Of a stretch of 64,000 bases of DNA, positions 30,227 through 48,350 are shown in pieces. The DNA comes from the human T2T-CHM13v2.0 reference genome, Homo sapiens. The translations under genes and the position numbers were made by a program. The stretch is from the NCBI RefSeq assembly GCF_009914755.1, contig NC_060932.1. One strand, 5' to 3'. The notes below the pieces were generated by a model that searched no databases, was not told the DNA's origin, and saw only the letters and a list, made by a program, of their open reading frames with translations. Each line of letters starts with the position of its first letter. Position 1 is the stretch's first letter.

Positions 30227-30296
30227 ACATGCCTAGAAAATACTAGACAACCACTGTTGTCACATGCCTAGAAAATACTAGACAACCATTATTGTC
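30227..30296. repeat. 35-bp tandem duplication (2 mismatches)
   Basis: ACATGCCTAGAAAATACTAGACAACCA(CTG/TTA)TTGTC x2. Confidence 0.95.
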
Positions 30297-30412
30297 AATG
30301 TTCAAACACCAAAAAGAGGCCAGAAATGAGCAAGGAAAGCAATGATTTAGATAGCTCATGTAAGATCTTCAAAGATTTAGCTGACTTAAGATCCTCAAAA
30401 TAAAACAGCTAT

Positions 30413-30733
<321 letters not shown>

Positions 30734-30850
30734 TCAAAATACCACATAATTAACCCCATAGTTAATGCAATTTCAACTTCTGACAAAGGCCACTAATAGT
30801 ATATTTGAAACAAATAAAAGGGCAAATAGATAGTTTAAATGGACACTTAC

Positions 30851-30877
30851 CTGCATATCCATTGCTAAGCCAGTAAT
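30851..30877 (-). CDS. DERL1: Derlin-1 exon 4, 27-nt microexon (ITGLAMDMQ)
   Basis: Acceptor accaag|ATT; donor CAG|GTAAGT; exactly fills the gap in the Derlin-1 sequence. Confidence 0.98.
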
Positions 30878-32123
30878 CTTGGTTTGTAAAGTTAAAGATC
30901 AGACATAAAAAAGCATTCTGTACCTAGTCAAGACTGATGTGGTTATTTTCCTCCCATTTAAAAGTTCACTTGGCCAGGTGTAATTTGGCTCATGCTTGTA
31001 ATCTCTGTACTTTGGAAGGCCAAGATGGGAGGACTGCTTGAGGCCAGGAGCTCCAGACCAGCCTGGGCAACATAGCAAGACCCCATCTCTAATTTATATA
31101 CATATTTTTTTAATTAAAAAAATTTTTAAGTTAATTCCAGTGTTCTGAAGGAAAATACTTTTCTATAGTTCAGATTGCTTAAAACATTCTACAACACAAA
31201 GGTATCTAATCTTCATTATGCATATTCCATTAGACGATACCATGACAAGGACATAGTAGAAATCAACAGCTTCCGCATATGACTTAGTCTGGTCATCTGG
31301 CATCCTTTTTCTCTGCTATTGCATTTTAACATCTCTCCTTCAAATAAAGGATGAAGATGCCTGTAGCCTTTGAAGGAAATAATCATTCTACTTACATTCT
31401 CAGGACTCTATAGCATGGTTAAAGTCCAAAATATTTTTTCCTTCCCTCAAAGGAGGGGGGAAAGGGCATCCACAGTGCCACATTTTCTGGCCCTCAGCCA
31501 AGTTTAAATGGCAGCTGAGCCCAAAGGCAATTTTGAGCTCACCAATTTTGCACAGGACCTGAGACATCGAGAGCTGCTGCTGCTCTCACCATCTGTAAGA
31601 GTCCTGCAGTTGGAGGGCTGCTGACAACTGCTATTGATACAAAGCAGAGAAACGTACTGTGTCCCTTCCCAGAGCTGGGTACTTCACAGAGGGACTGAAT
31701 TACTATGTAGGACCCCAAGAGAAGGACAGCAATGAAGTCAGAAAAGGATGCTGGTTGTAAATTAATTTTCTGATAAGGACCACAGATTTCAAAAGCTGTC
31801 TCATGGCACGGACTCTCTTTGTGCCTCAGTCAACAAGCTGTCACACATGAGAACACAGAGAACTGGGAACAAGAAGAGGGAACAGTCATAAAACTACTCA
31901 ACCAAAGGTGGAAAAAAATCCCACAAATGGTAAGAGAATGCATCACTCAAGGGCTATATGATTTACTACAGTTTTTTTTAAAAAACTATAATTATTCTTA
32001 TTAACGGTAGTCAACCAAGATGCAAATATTGTAATTTGAAACGTTTACAGAATATGGTCTATTTCCCCAAACCTGGAAAAAAACTGGTTTATTTCTGGCC
32101 CAAAATCACAGACTGAAGGATAC
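30878..32123 (-). other. DERL1: U12-type (minor spliceosome) GT-AG intron 3 of DERL1
   Basis: Donor GTATCCTT; branch TCTTTAAC at 30891-30898 about 15 nt from the AG; no pyrimidine tract. Confidence 0.92.
30972..31125 (+). mobile_element. Alu left monomer (FLAM-like) inside the U12 intron
   Basis: Monomeric Alu consensus. Confidence 0.85.
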
Positions 32124-32188
32124 CACGATGCAAATCCAGTTAAAGAGGAGCATGAATAAATAGTCTGCTGGCCTCCCATCAAAAGCTC
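32124..32188 (-). CDS. DERL1: Derlin-1 exon 3 (AFDGRPADYLFMLLFNWICIV)
   Basis: Acceptor ttccag|GA; donor GTG|GTATCCTTC (U12 type); 65 nt. Confidence 0.98.
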
Positions 32189-34150
32189 CTGGAAACAAAA
32201 ACAAGCCAAATGTCATGGTTCAGAATTTCACAACAAAGTAACATCTACATAGAGAAACACTTCAAAAAGTTACAGAAAAAGCCAAAATGAGAACATTTTA
32301 AAAACCACTCCTCTCTAAAAAAGTGAATTTTTAAAAATATCTAAACAACGTCCCCAATAAAGCCCTGAATCAAAGTTACCTGAGTAAGGTTAATCTATGC
32401 TCTCCTAACTGAATTCCAGTAAGTGACATGCTCTGACTACCACAGGCTAAAACAGACCCAGAGAAAGTACAGTCAATTCCACAGCTTCTGAGCCCTGTAT
32501 CCCAAAGACCAGTGAGGCCCCCCAAGCTCCCTCCCAGCCTGTCAGCCTTTCCTTCTTGGCTCTCGCCATGACCTGATGGCCGCATTCTGGATTACATGCT
32601 TGATCCCTGTCCTCCTCCACTAGACCGTTAAGTTCTGTCAGAGGAGGAACCATGCCTGTTTTGTCTCCATTGTGTCTCCTCCAGCATGGCTATGCTGGGA
32701 GGTACTTACCATTATTATTAGAAACACACATACACACACACAACCACCTGTACCACACTGGCCTTAGATACTGAAAAAGAAAGTCTCTGTCTTCCAGAGA
32801 CGTACATTCTACCAAGGGAAAACAATGTGGGGGAAGGAGGGAATAAAGCGTCAGCCAAACCTTTCCATAGCCTCTGACTCAGTCCTCATACTGCATCTGG
32901 AAGGGAGAATGGAAAGACCTACGACCTGCTTCTTACAGATGCAGAGTTAAAGTCACATGACCAAAGTCACAGAGCTTGTTAGAACCAGAGTGACATCAAA
33001 TTACTAGCACAGTGCTCCTGTCACTGCGCCATATGCCTTATTGGGCAGAATAATCAACAACGGCCTCCCGTGTAAGCATAATTCCTAATGCCTTCAGTTA
33101 GAAGACTTTAACAGAAGAAAAAAAAAAAAAGAAACAGAAATGACTGTAAGATCACTCTAGCTTGAAAGTTACTTTCCCTCCCCGTTCCACACCCCCTCAC
33201 AGTTACATGATACAGCTAGTCAATTTAAAAAAAGAAACCCAACAAGTGTCAGTAAGGCAAAAAGATATAATTAAAAGAAAATAGGTTTCCAGCAAAAGTG
33301 TCTTCTACTCTCCTTTATTTCTCCCTTGATACCTCAAAGCACACTTCAGCCACAGTGTTAAGCAGGCCTAATGCTAGAGGATCACAATGATGAATCACAG
33401 CTGAAATTCTAACACAATTTCCCGATTTTAATAATAGCTGTGCTTCTTTTGATGTGGCTTTGGCTGTCTGATTCCTAAGGAGTCTTTAGACTGAGTACTT
33501 AAAATATTGTAATCATATAAATTACAGCACTATATTATCTGACATGCTTGCAACTGAGAATTTACAAATTAACTGGTTTCAAATTACAGTCTTCCAGTTC
33601 AAATCAGAAACCTCAAATAAGCCAACTCTGCTATATAACTAACAATTTAGCCAGGCAGGAAAATGTGCAGGTGGCAAACATTTTGTCAAGATGTTAACTT
33701 AAAGCTGTGTGGTTGACAGAAAACTGGGGATCAGTGAACCTGGGTTCCAGTCCTAACTGCGTTAACTCAAAGAGCTCTGCAACTTTTGGGACACGTCACC
33801 ACCACTCTAGATCACTGTTTTCTTATCTATGAAATAAGAGTGTTAAATAGAATGATCTCAAAAGTTCCTCTCTACACGTTCATAGCAGCTATTATTCACA
33901 ATGGCCAAAAAATGAAACCAAGTCAAATGTCTATCAACTGATGACTGAATAAACAAAATGAGGTATATCCATACGATGGAATCTTAATGGTAATAAAATG
34001 GAATGAAGTACTGATACAGGCTATATGGAAGAATCTTGAAAACATTATGCTACGTAAAAGACATAAGTCACAAAAGGCAACAAGATACTGTATGATTTTA
34101 AGAAATGCCCAGAACACGCAAATCTAAAGAGTCAATAAGATCAGTGGTTT

Positions 34151-34467
<317 letters not shown>

Positions 34468-34878
34468 CTAAGGGTGTGGGGGAGGAAGGGATTGAATGAA
34501 AAGGGAGAATGGCTGCTAATGGTAGGGTTTCTTTTGGGGGTGGTGAAATATTATAAAAATGGGTGTGATAATGACTGTACAACTCTGTCAATATACTAAA
34601 AACCAATGAATTGTGTATACTTTAAATGGGTACGTTGTACCGTACATGAATTACATCTCAATAAAGCTGTTAAAAAATGCCTCTCAGCTCAAGCCTTTCA
34701 AAATGCTCTGTAGTTGTTGAGTAGGGAATGAGGAGGCAACTTATAAAAATCAAAGCAAATAAAAGAGACCAGTGACCTAATAATCCCACAAATTTGTCCT
34801 AAATTGGTATTCAGAGAGAATAACATTACAATTTGTTGTATTACCTGACCAGGTAATAGGGTTGGGTAAAGGGATTCA

Positions 34879-35271
<393 letters not shown>

Positions 35272-35915
35272 TTAAGTCCTTATAGTTCAGAGTTAAATTC
35301 TGAAATATTTACAAATGAAATGCCTGGCATTTTGCTTCAAATAATCAGGGGTGGAGGACAGCAATAGATATAAATAAAACAAGATTGGCTATGAGATAAC
35401 TATTAGAGGTGATAACCATTAGATGGTTAAGGAGGGGTTCGTACTGACACACACTATGACAGGAATGAACCTTAAAAACATTGTGCAAAGTGAAAGAAGC
35501 CAGTCACCAAAGGACATATGAAATGTCCTGAATAGGTAAATCCATATACACGGAAAGTAGATTAGTGGTTGCCAAAGGCTGGGAGGAGGGAAAGTGGGAG
35601 GTAAAGAGTGACTGCTTTGGCTTTTTTAGGGAATGATGAAACTGTTCTGGAATTAGATTGTGGTGATGGCTGCATAACATTGTGAATATACTAAAGACCA
35701 CTGAATTGTACACCTTAAAATGGTTAAAATGATGAATTTTATGTTATGTGAATTTGGTCTCAGTAAAAAGAAAAAAGGTTCATTGACTTTTCCCTCCACT
35801 TTTGCATATGTTTGAAAATTTTCCAGAATAAAATTTTAAATAACTGATCATAAATGATCCACACTTAATCTATTTTACTATTGATATAACGTTTACTATC
35901 AATATAAAATAATTA

Positions 35916-36216
<301 letters not shown>

Positions 36217-36912
36217 TTACTCTAACAAATTAATGCTCAATTAAGTTATACCAGAAAGGCAGACTGCTAAGCACTCAGTATCATTATGGGTCCAACTGGA
36301 ACAAAGGAGAATAAAAATCACATATTCTGGTAGATTTAAAGATCAAACCCCTAATATGGTGGTGAGAGGCCTAGTTGTCAGTTTCATTTCTGCCAAGTTA
36401 CTTTACTTCCTTGAATCTCCTATTCATCTTTTGGTAAAACTCAGGAAATAAACTAGGTTCCTCCCAATAGTAATATAATAGTCTATGACCTTACACTTTG
36501 TATTAATACAATTTCTTTCTTTTTAAAAAGAACCTAAAAGCAAATGCCAATTTAAGGAAAAATGTTACTTGACATCAAATACCCATCCTACTATTTCCCT
36601 GCAGTGATGAGACTGATTCGCAATTCTCAACCATATGAGCACTGACTTACATACACTTAAGGGTAGTTCAGAGTTCTCTATCCTGAGGTAACAGCCAGCA
36701 AGTTTATAAAGTCTCTGAAGTCAGTCAGCCTTTTCAAAGTCATTTAAATTTAACAAAATTATATCCATATTGTAACACAGTGTATTGATGTATTGTTTCT
36801 TTAGTATAAGTGACTCAGACAGCATATAAGGTATTGTAGGAAATAAATGACAATTCAGTAAGACACTTTTACGAAAAGATTTTTCGAACTTATCCATAAT
36901 ATTACATAGGTT

Positions 36913-37220
36913 GGCTGGGCACGTTGACTCACACCTGTAATCCCAGCACTTTGGGAGGCTGAGGCAGACAGATCACTTGAGGTCAGGAGTTTGAGACCAG
37001 CCTGGCCAACAGGGTAAAACCCCATCTCTACTAAAAATATAAAAATTAGCCGGGTATGGTGGCAGGTGTCTGTAATCTCAGCTACTCAGGAGGCTGAGGC
37101 ATGAGAATTGCTTGAACCCGAGAGGCAGAGGCTACAGTGAACTGAGATGGCACCACTGCACTCCAGCCTGGGCAACGGAGCAAGATTGTCTCAAAAAATA
37201 AATAAATAAATAAAATAAAA
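36913..37220 (+). mobile_element. AluS
   Basis: TSD ATATTACAT. Confidence 0.93.
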
Positions 37221-37739
37221 TATTACATTGGTACTCATACCTGATAAACTACCATATATTATTAAATCTTGGCTATATACTGTATTTTAGAGTTGAGTTT
37301 TTCAATTAGAGAATAAATCTAGGCTTTTAATTACATAAATTGATGTTTTTCAACCCCAATCTAGGAGACATATATACTCCAGCCCAATTCTGCACTGAAG
37401 GACAAGGACTGCTGCAAAAGAAATGAGTGAGACCCTCAAAATAAATGAAAGGCACACAGCTCAGCCACTAAGGAGATGGACAAGCCATGTCAACCTCTGA
37501 TCTGCTACTTTTTGCATCTATAAAATGGTAACACTGCTACTTATACCTCAGGATGTTGTGAGGATTAAAAATTGAGTAAGCTAAGTGCCTGGTGCAGTCC
37601 TGGCACAGTCACTAAGCATTTACTATCTTTATGCAGTTTCTTTTTGTAATGCTAACTGCCCTCCAAATTCCTCCAAAGTAAACACATGGATTAGTAAATG
37701 AGAAAGAAACAATGCTTAAAACAACTATGGGTAACATAC

Positions 37740-37851
37740 CTGTTTCAAGTCGCGTAGAATACTGATATAAGAAATATAAATTGACCAAATAAAGAAATCC
37801 AGTTCCTGGACCCACAGGGAAATAAAAGGTGGCAGTGATTGGCCTCCAAAT
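37740..37851 (-). CDS. DERL1: Derlin-1 exon 2 (IWRPITAT...STRLETG), contains the rhomboid WR motif
   Basis: Acceptor ggacag|ATT with upstream CTAAC branch-like motif; donor CAG|GTATGT; 112 nt; frame consistent. Confidence 0.99.
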
Positions 37852-38397
37852 CTGTCCAGATCAAAATAAACACAGCTGTTAGTTTCTGTAAGCCTGGTTA
37901 TTTCTTTCCCTTCTAACTAAACAAAATTAACAAAGCATCCTCCTCAATGAGAGGTGTGAAAGTGATCCTACCAACACAACTCAAGAAAACAACTGAAGAA
38001 AAGTGTTCACACCAAATACAATCACATCACTTTGCAAATCAATGGAATAAAACGACATCATAAAATAAGCAACAAATATTTCTAAACAAGTTGAAACAAA
38101 ATCAATACTATATGAGTATATGGTTAGTCTTTGCTGAGATCAGGCATACAATTAAGCCTACATCAAAAAATGAATTACAAAGGCTTAATTTCCAACAGTA
38201 CAGTAATGCCTCTATTTAGGGAAAGAATATTCTGGAATGACAAACCTTGTCCAAAAATGCCACATTCAAAGGCAGAAGTAAAACAACAATTTTTTATTCA
38301 AACCAATGCACTAAATAGGCAATAGGGGCACTTTTTCTTTAAAAACATTTCCCTGAAAAAACAAACAAAACATAAGAAGGGTCTAAAGTAACAAGCA

Positions 38398-38718
<321 letters not shown>

Positions 38719-39270
38719 AAAGTAACAAGTAAGCCTCATTCCCAACCTCCAGTCTCCCAGTTCCCCAACAACAGCTGATCAGTGTCTTGTATTTCCTCTA
38801 AGAAATACATGTTACTATTACTCATTCTTCTTTATCCTACTCTATACGGCACTGTTTTATACCTTGGTTCATTCCCTACAAAATATTTTAATTGGCTTCA
38901 TAGTATTCCTTGTATGTGAATGTCTAAACTTTTGTTTAAACTGTTACAATGCCACAATGAATATTCTTGTATATCCTCTTTATATGTGCATATACAGAAT
39001 AAGTTCCTGTCAATAAATCTGCTAGAGCAACAGACATAACCATTTATTTTGGTAGATACTGCCAAATGCCTACAAAAATGTTTGCTCAATTTATACTTCC
39101 TCCTAAAAAGTAGATGAATCCTGTCTTCTCTCCATACTCTCACCATTTCATGTATTATATATTCACCAATCTGAAAACTAATTTTTATTTGCATTATGAG
39201 AAGTCAAGCACCTTTTCACGTTTTAAAAACCTGAGCATTTCCTTTATTCATTTGTTTTTCTGGATTTACA

Positions 39271-39660
<390 letters not shown>

Positions 39661-39993
39661 TGACATACAAAAGTTTAATTAAATGTAGGCATATGTATCC
39701 ATGATGTGTCATGTTTAGAAAGTCTTTTCGCTCCAAGAATGTAAGTGTTCATGGTTTTATTTTAGCACTTTCAAGGTGCATCCAAGGAATGAGGAAGAGA
39801 TCCAACTGTTTTTCTAAATAGTCACCCAGTTTTCCCAACCCCATTTACAGAGTAACCCACATTTTTTCCAATTATTTGAAAAACTACTTTCATTGAACGT
39901 TTATACTCTAGTCTCTTTTACATGTAGGTCTATTTTAACACCATTCTGTTTGGAATTGGTTCCTATGCCAATATCAAGTTATTTTAATTTCTA

Positions 39994-40297
39994 TTTTCTT
40001 TTTTTTTTTTTTTTTGAGACAAGGTCTCAGTCTGTTGCTCAGGCTGGAGCGCAGTGTTTTGACCACAGCTCACTGTAACCTCAAATTTCTGGGTTCAAGC
40101 AATTCTCCACTCAGCCTCCCAAGTGGCTAGGACTACAGGCATGTACCATCACACCTGGTAATTTTGTTTGTTTGTTTTTTGAGACGGGCTCTTCCTATGT
40201 TGTCCAGACTGCTCTCAAACTACCAGCCTCAAATGATGCTCCCACCTCAGCCTCCCAAAGTGCTGAAATTATAGGCATGAGCCACTGGGCCTAGCCT
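39994..40297 (-). mobile_element. AluJ-like (intron 1)
   Basis: Alu consensus. Confidence 0.9.
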
Positions 40298-40567
40298 AGT
40301 TTCTATTCCTTTTATAACATATTTTAATAGCTGGTAAAGTTAAACAGCTAAATAATATCTCCCCCTTTTTTTCTTCAACAATTGTCACAATTTTCTTGGT
40401 TAGTCTCAATATTTTATTTTTCTAAATGAATTAGAACCATTCTTTTATTATATCCATGTGATATTGATATAATTCCCAGCCAAGAAGTTTTTCATAGCTT
40501 TTAGAGTTGTCTATAGAGCTATCTCTTTCTACCTTTTTATACTTAACCACAAAAGCTGAGTATCTTA

Positions 40568-40948
<381 letters not shown>

Positions 40949-43219
40949 TTATTTCATTCTTGTCTAATTCACTGGCTGGCACCCCCACCAGAACAATGCT
41001 AAATAGTGATTGAAGCAGATGGCCTTCCTAAACTTTTGGAAATGGCAGCAAAATGCTGGCTTTTGGTGTGAGAGATATGTGTCTATCTCATTGCACACTA
41101 GCATGTACCAAGCACAAAAGACATGGCCCCTGAATTCCTCAGAGTAGTGGGGAAGGCTGTCAAAGGAAGAAAGGGTTGGCACAAGGGAGGGGACATGTGG
41201 ACTTGTTACAAAGGCCCCAAGAATTGCAAGAGCACAATAACTGAATGGGTACTGCTAACAATTCAAGTGTGGCTGGAATGGAGGACGTCAGTCACGGGGA
41301 CTGGCCACATACAGACTGGCCAGTTCCATTCTCCAAGTACAGGAATGTAACCCTCAGAGCTTAATTCCTTGTAGAGGGAAATGCAATGTGCATACCAAAA
41401 AAGTGACTTTCCAAGAAACGTGTATTAAACCAGAAAAATAAAATAGTTTAACATTTGGTTTGATTCATTCACAACTTTATCACAGAAACAGGATAGTTTA
41501 GTGGAAAGGGAACTGGAGATGACTTGAGAAGACCTGGGTTTAAGTTTTTGCTTATAAGTCACCACTTCCGAGCCTCAATTTCCATAGTTAATTTTTTTAA
41601 AGAAATCAATAAATTAATGTGCTACTCAGCTTATTTACACGCACTGATTCAGGAGACGGATTTCATAGATGAGGAAACAGGATGAGAAAAGGTTAAGTAT
41701 CAGCCAGTAAGTGGTGAAGCTAGAATTTTATCCCAGACAGTCTGACTCCAGAGTTTGTGATACTAAGCCCCTATTTTTACAATCCCTCTCACAAATGGCG
41801 TCAGTATTATGAGGTACAATTACAATTAGTGTAAGTGTTCACTACTACAGACACTTGTGTAATCCTGAAATAGACTCAGAGTAAACCTACTAATTAATTC
41901 TCTGTGCTTAAGAAAAGGACTGGGAGTAAAGACCAGAAGCAAACCCTCTAGGTAGCCCTGGACCCTTGGAAAAGTATGGACGTCAAATTGGCTTCATCAT
42001 CTACCCAATGACATTATCCTATGACTTCTGCCTTCCTTATCTTACAGGATTTGTAAAAGGTTGGAATTAAGAAAGTGAATTAAAAAGATACTATGCAAAA
42101 AGAATTAATATGTGTGGGTGTGTTAATTGTATTATCACAATCTTTTCGGAAACACCCGCTAACCAGTTTTTATAAATTCATATTTCAACTACCCCCATAT
42201 TCCTATAAGTTACTCAAGGCCTGGTTTTGGAAAAGAAACCTTGTTTTTGTCTGACTACATTTTCTCTAATGCTGATGACATAAGACTATTTTTAGTCACT
42301 GTTTGCACCTGTTCTTTGGAAATCAGTGTCTGTCAAAATATCTCACTTCTTTTCCCTGTTCATTAAGCCTACCCTTGAGTTATACTTGCTTTCATTGATC
42401 TAAAAGACTTAATATTATTTTTGTGTTACTTTAAAATTATAATCTGAAAACACCAGAAGACAGCTTATCTCTTTAGAAGGACACAGTGTAACATATTTCG
42501 GAAATCCCCATTGTAAGTATCCAACTAAATCCCATTTTTTCCTCGACCTGATATGTAAACAGTAAGGAGAAGGAACTGGCTTTACGTTCAGTGCCAGGAG
42601 TGAAGAGGCCCATTTTCAACCCTGGAAAGCCTAAGAGGCAGCCAACTGCAGCACAAAGAGCCACGACTTGCAGACAGAGGACTGCCTGCCTCACACTTAC
42701 TGAGAGGACTCGTGGGGGAGTATCTCATTTTAAGTCCACAGCAACCTCAAGGCCAGGCCCATAATGATCCCAGTTTTTTCAGGAGGAAAGCTGGGCCCTA
42801 ATTAGAGTTCCTCACTTAACAAGGACATGTAGCCCATGTGCTCACTGCTATATACACCCTTAAAGAAGACATAAGACATTGTTCCTCAGTTATTAGTCCA
42901 ACAACTTCAGAGTGTAGGTTGCAGCCATCCTTTAGCTAAAATCTTCTAAACAATCTGCTACTGAAATAATTTGCCATCCAGAATCTAGTGTTTTTTTTTT
43001 TAAAGTATGAAAAGTGAGGATTTGTCTGAAATAATAAGGATCACTTGATTCGGACTTAAGTATATATCAGTCACCAAGCAAGAAAGATGATGAGCACCTG
43101 TGTGACAAATGCTAGTTTAGTAAACTGTGGCCTTTTTTGCTGGGTGGGGAGACACAACGGGTAGGCAAGAAAAGGCCCCTTCCATTCATTTAAACAAATG
43201 AAAGGCACTTAATCTTTAA

Positions 43220-43755
43220 AAAGAGCAATTAGAAGCCATCAAATCTACTCCTAGATATATAGGCAACAGAAATTACTATTTCTCCTCACCAAGAAGTACA
43301 TATGTTCACCAAGACATGTATTAGAATGTTCATAGCAGCACCATTCATAATAGCCAAACTGGAAACTGCCCAAAAGGTCCATTAATAGCTGAATGAGTAA
43401 ATAAATTGTGGTATGGTCCCATAATGAGCAACCTATAACCACATGCAACAATATGGGTGACTCTCATAATGTTGATAAAAGCAGGTAGACACAAAAGAGA
43501 ACATACTTCATAATTCCACCTATAAAAAGCATAAAAACTGGCAACAACAATACATGGTATTAAAAATCAAGAGCATAGTCACCCTTAGAGAGGACAGTGA
43601 CCAGAAGGAAGCAGGAGAAAGCTTTTAGAGATTCTGTTTCTTGATCTGAATGCTGGCTGTATACATGTTTTGAATTTTTAAAAACTCAAGCTATAAACTT
43701 ATTATACATACACTTTCCTGCTTGTATATTGTAACTCAATAAAAAGTTTTTTAAA
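43220..43755 (+). mobile_element. L1M 3' end fragment
   Basis: AGAATGTTCATAGCAGC...CTCAATAAAAAGTT. Confidence 0.7.
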
Positions 43756-45989
43756 AAGCCACAATCTAATGGGCAACATTATTACAGAACACAGCAGAAC
43801 TGTTCAACATGGACAGGACTACTAAGGAAAGATCTTAAATTACGTACCAGAACACTTGCCACTAGAGTTCTATAGCCAAACCTTGATGGATATAGAACTT
43901 CTATGCTCAGCCTATAGTCCAAGTTCATTCTCCTCCCTGCTATGTTGAAACGTCTCTCTTCCCCAATACACCCTTAAATCAGTCTCCTAAGGTTGCTGTC
44001 ATCAGGTTAAATGTGATATATAAGCAAAAGCTTGGCAAATATAAGCACAAGGCTGAGTCACAGAATTGGTTGGTACCATTTCTTATTCCTGGAAATAAAT
44101 TAGAGAAATCAAGAGTTCACATCTTCCCATTTCAAGTCAGGATGCTTTTAAGAAGACAAAGCAGAATAATCATCCAGCAGTTACATTTCAATTGCAATTA
44201 CTAATTAAAATTAGAATCTTACTGTCCAGGAGAGAAGGAAATAAGGCATAAAGTATTGGCTGATAAATAAAAATTGGCAACTATTTTTTTTCCCATACCA
44301 ACCACGTAGGAGGCAACTATTTTTGAATAGCTTATTTATCAGGCTACTTATTGGGTATTACAAACATTTTTCTATGTGTTCTACATACTAGAGGCAAGAA
44401 GTAGATAACATATTTCCTCAATTTGAAGGTACTCGTTCCTGTGTTTCTGAAATTAGAGTGTCTTACAATCAATACACTCGTTGAATGTAATTTCTACTCC
44501 CCTGTCCCCCAAAAAAGTTGCATTAAATTGATGGTGCATCGTATAATCAATGGAGTCTTAGAACAAAGTTAATATGCTATGATATTATCCTCAGATCCTA
44601 AAGAAATTGAGGCTCAGACAGGATAAATAACTTGCCTAAGGGTACACAACTAGCAGGGGACTGAGCCAGGCCTTGAGACCATGATTCAACTACTTGAAAT
44701 CTAACAGCCTTTCTACTCGAATAGAAAAGGAAAAACAATTTGCTATGATTGATTTGGAAGAAATCACCTTCAAAAATGTTTTGCTACATACTTATTTTTT
44801 TCGTAGATATTATGCAAAGGAGTTAAACAAAACAGCTTAGAACTATCCTTGACTCAACGAAATAGAAACTGAAACTGAAGCTGTCTACAAAATGGGGGTA
44901 ACACTTATCTCAGGATGACTGTCAGAGTTCAGTGACATGACCTCAGGGAAGTTGTAACAGGGTGATGTTATTTTGTCCAAAGAAATGAAGAAATATAGCC
45001 ATGCAGGCGGCCCTGGGAGACATAACCTTAGAAAACACAAAGGCAGCAGGAATTGCCACCTCTTGTGTAGTTAATCAACGATTAATATGAAGACATTTCA
45101 TTATTGTGAACTATTTGATTGATGAACATAAATCTGAGGGACTCAGAATAGGGAGAAATCGTAGACAACAGTATAATGAGTCTTAACACACACCTGTTTC
45201 AACCTATCCAAACTAAAGAAATAACATTATAAACCTCAGCGTTCTAAACCAACAAGCTACACACAAGAATCTAGAGCTGAGGAGGAAAAATAACTTGTCA
45301 CTTCCAACATGAGCACACAATTCTAAATCAATCACTCCCCCATTTTTGTAAGTTGTGAAAGATTCAGCTTCTAAGGAAAAAAGGAACTTTCTAGCAGAAC
45401 TCTGCTAAAGCACACCGCACACTGTCCGTGCACAGCAGCCTCTCAAATGCAGTTTTTCCTTGACTGCTTCATTTGCAAATGAGTTCCTCCAGGTGGGTCT
45501 GAAAGTTACATGTGTCCAAAATAGGCAAGAATCAGAGTAACAGGAAGAAAAGACAAGGTACAGCTGTTGGTCTTTTCACACCTGGGCAGTACACTGTCCT
45601 GCCTCCTGCTGGCAGCTGAGAAGAAATAATACAGGGAAGATGACAAAATTGTGGAAGATGTGACAAGAACGATTACTCTTTTTAATCAGTTCACCACTTT
45701 TAACCTTATACACCCGCAGCCTGTTAGGCTTATTTACATTGCTTCTTTACAATGTGCTTATTTACATCGTGTAGTCACTAGTGTCACTACACAAGTGAGG
45801 ATTTTGCTAACAGGGACAACAAGCCGGTTTTGACCAGGTCCTTCTCACACATTAATATGCCACCATTGCTCCCCATGACCACACATTACCCAACAAGCCA
45901 CCAGGGACAAAGTACACAACATTCTCTCAGCCAACAAATATTTAGTAAAGTAATAAACACAGAACAGTATGCAATTCCAGCTGCACTCC

Positions 45990-48350
<2,361 letters not shown>

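Noticed and set aside
32372-32395. CTCAG|GTAACT recursive-splice-like motif in intron 2
   Set aside because: Weak pyrimidine tract, and the intron is too short (5.5 kb) for typical recursive splicing
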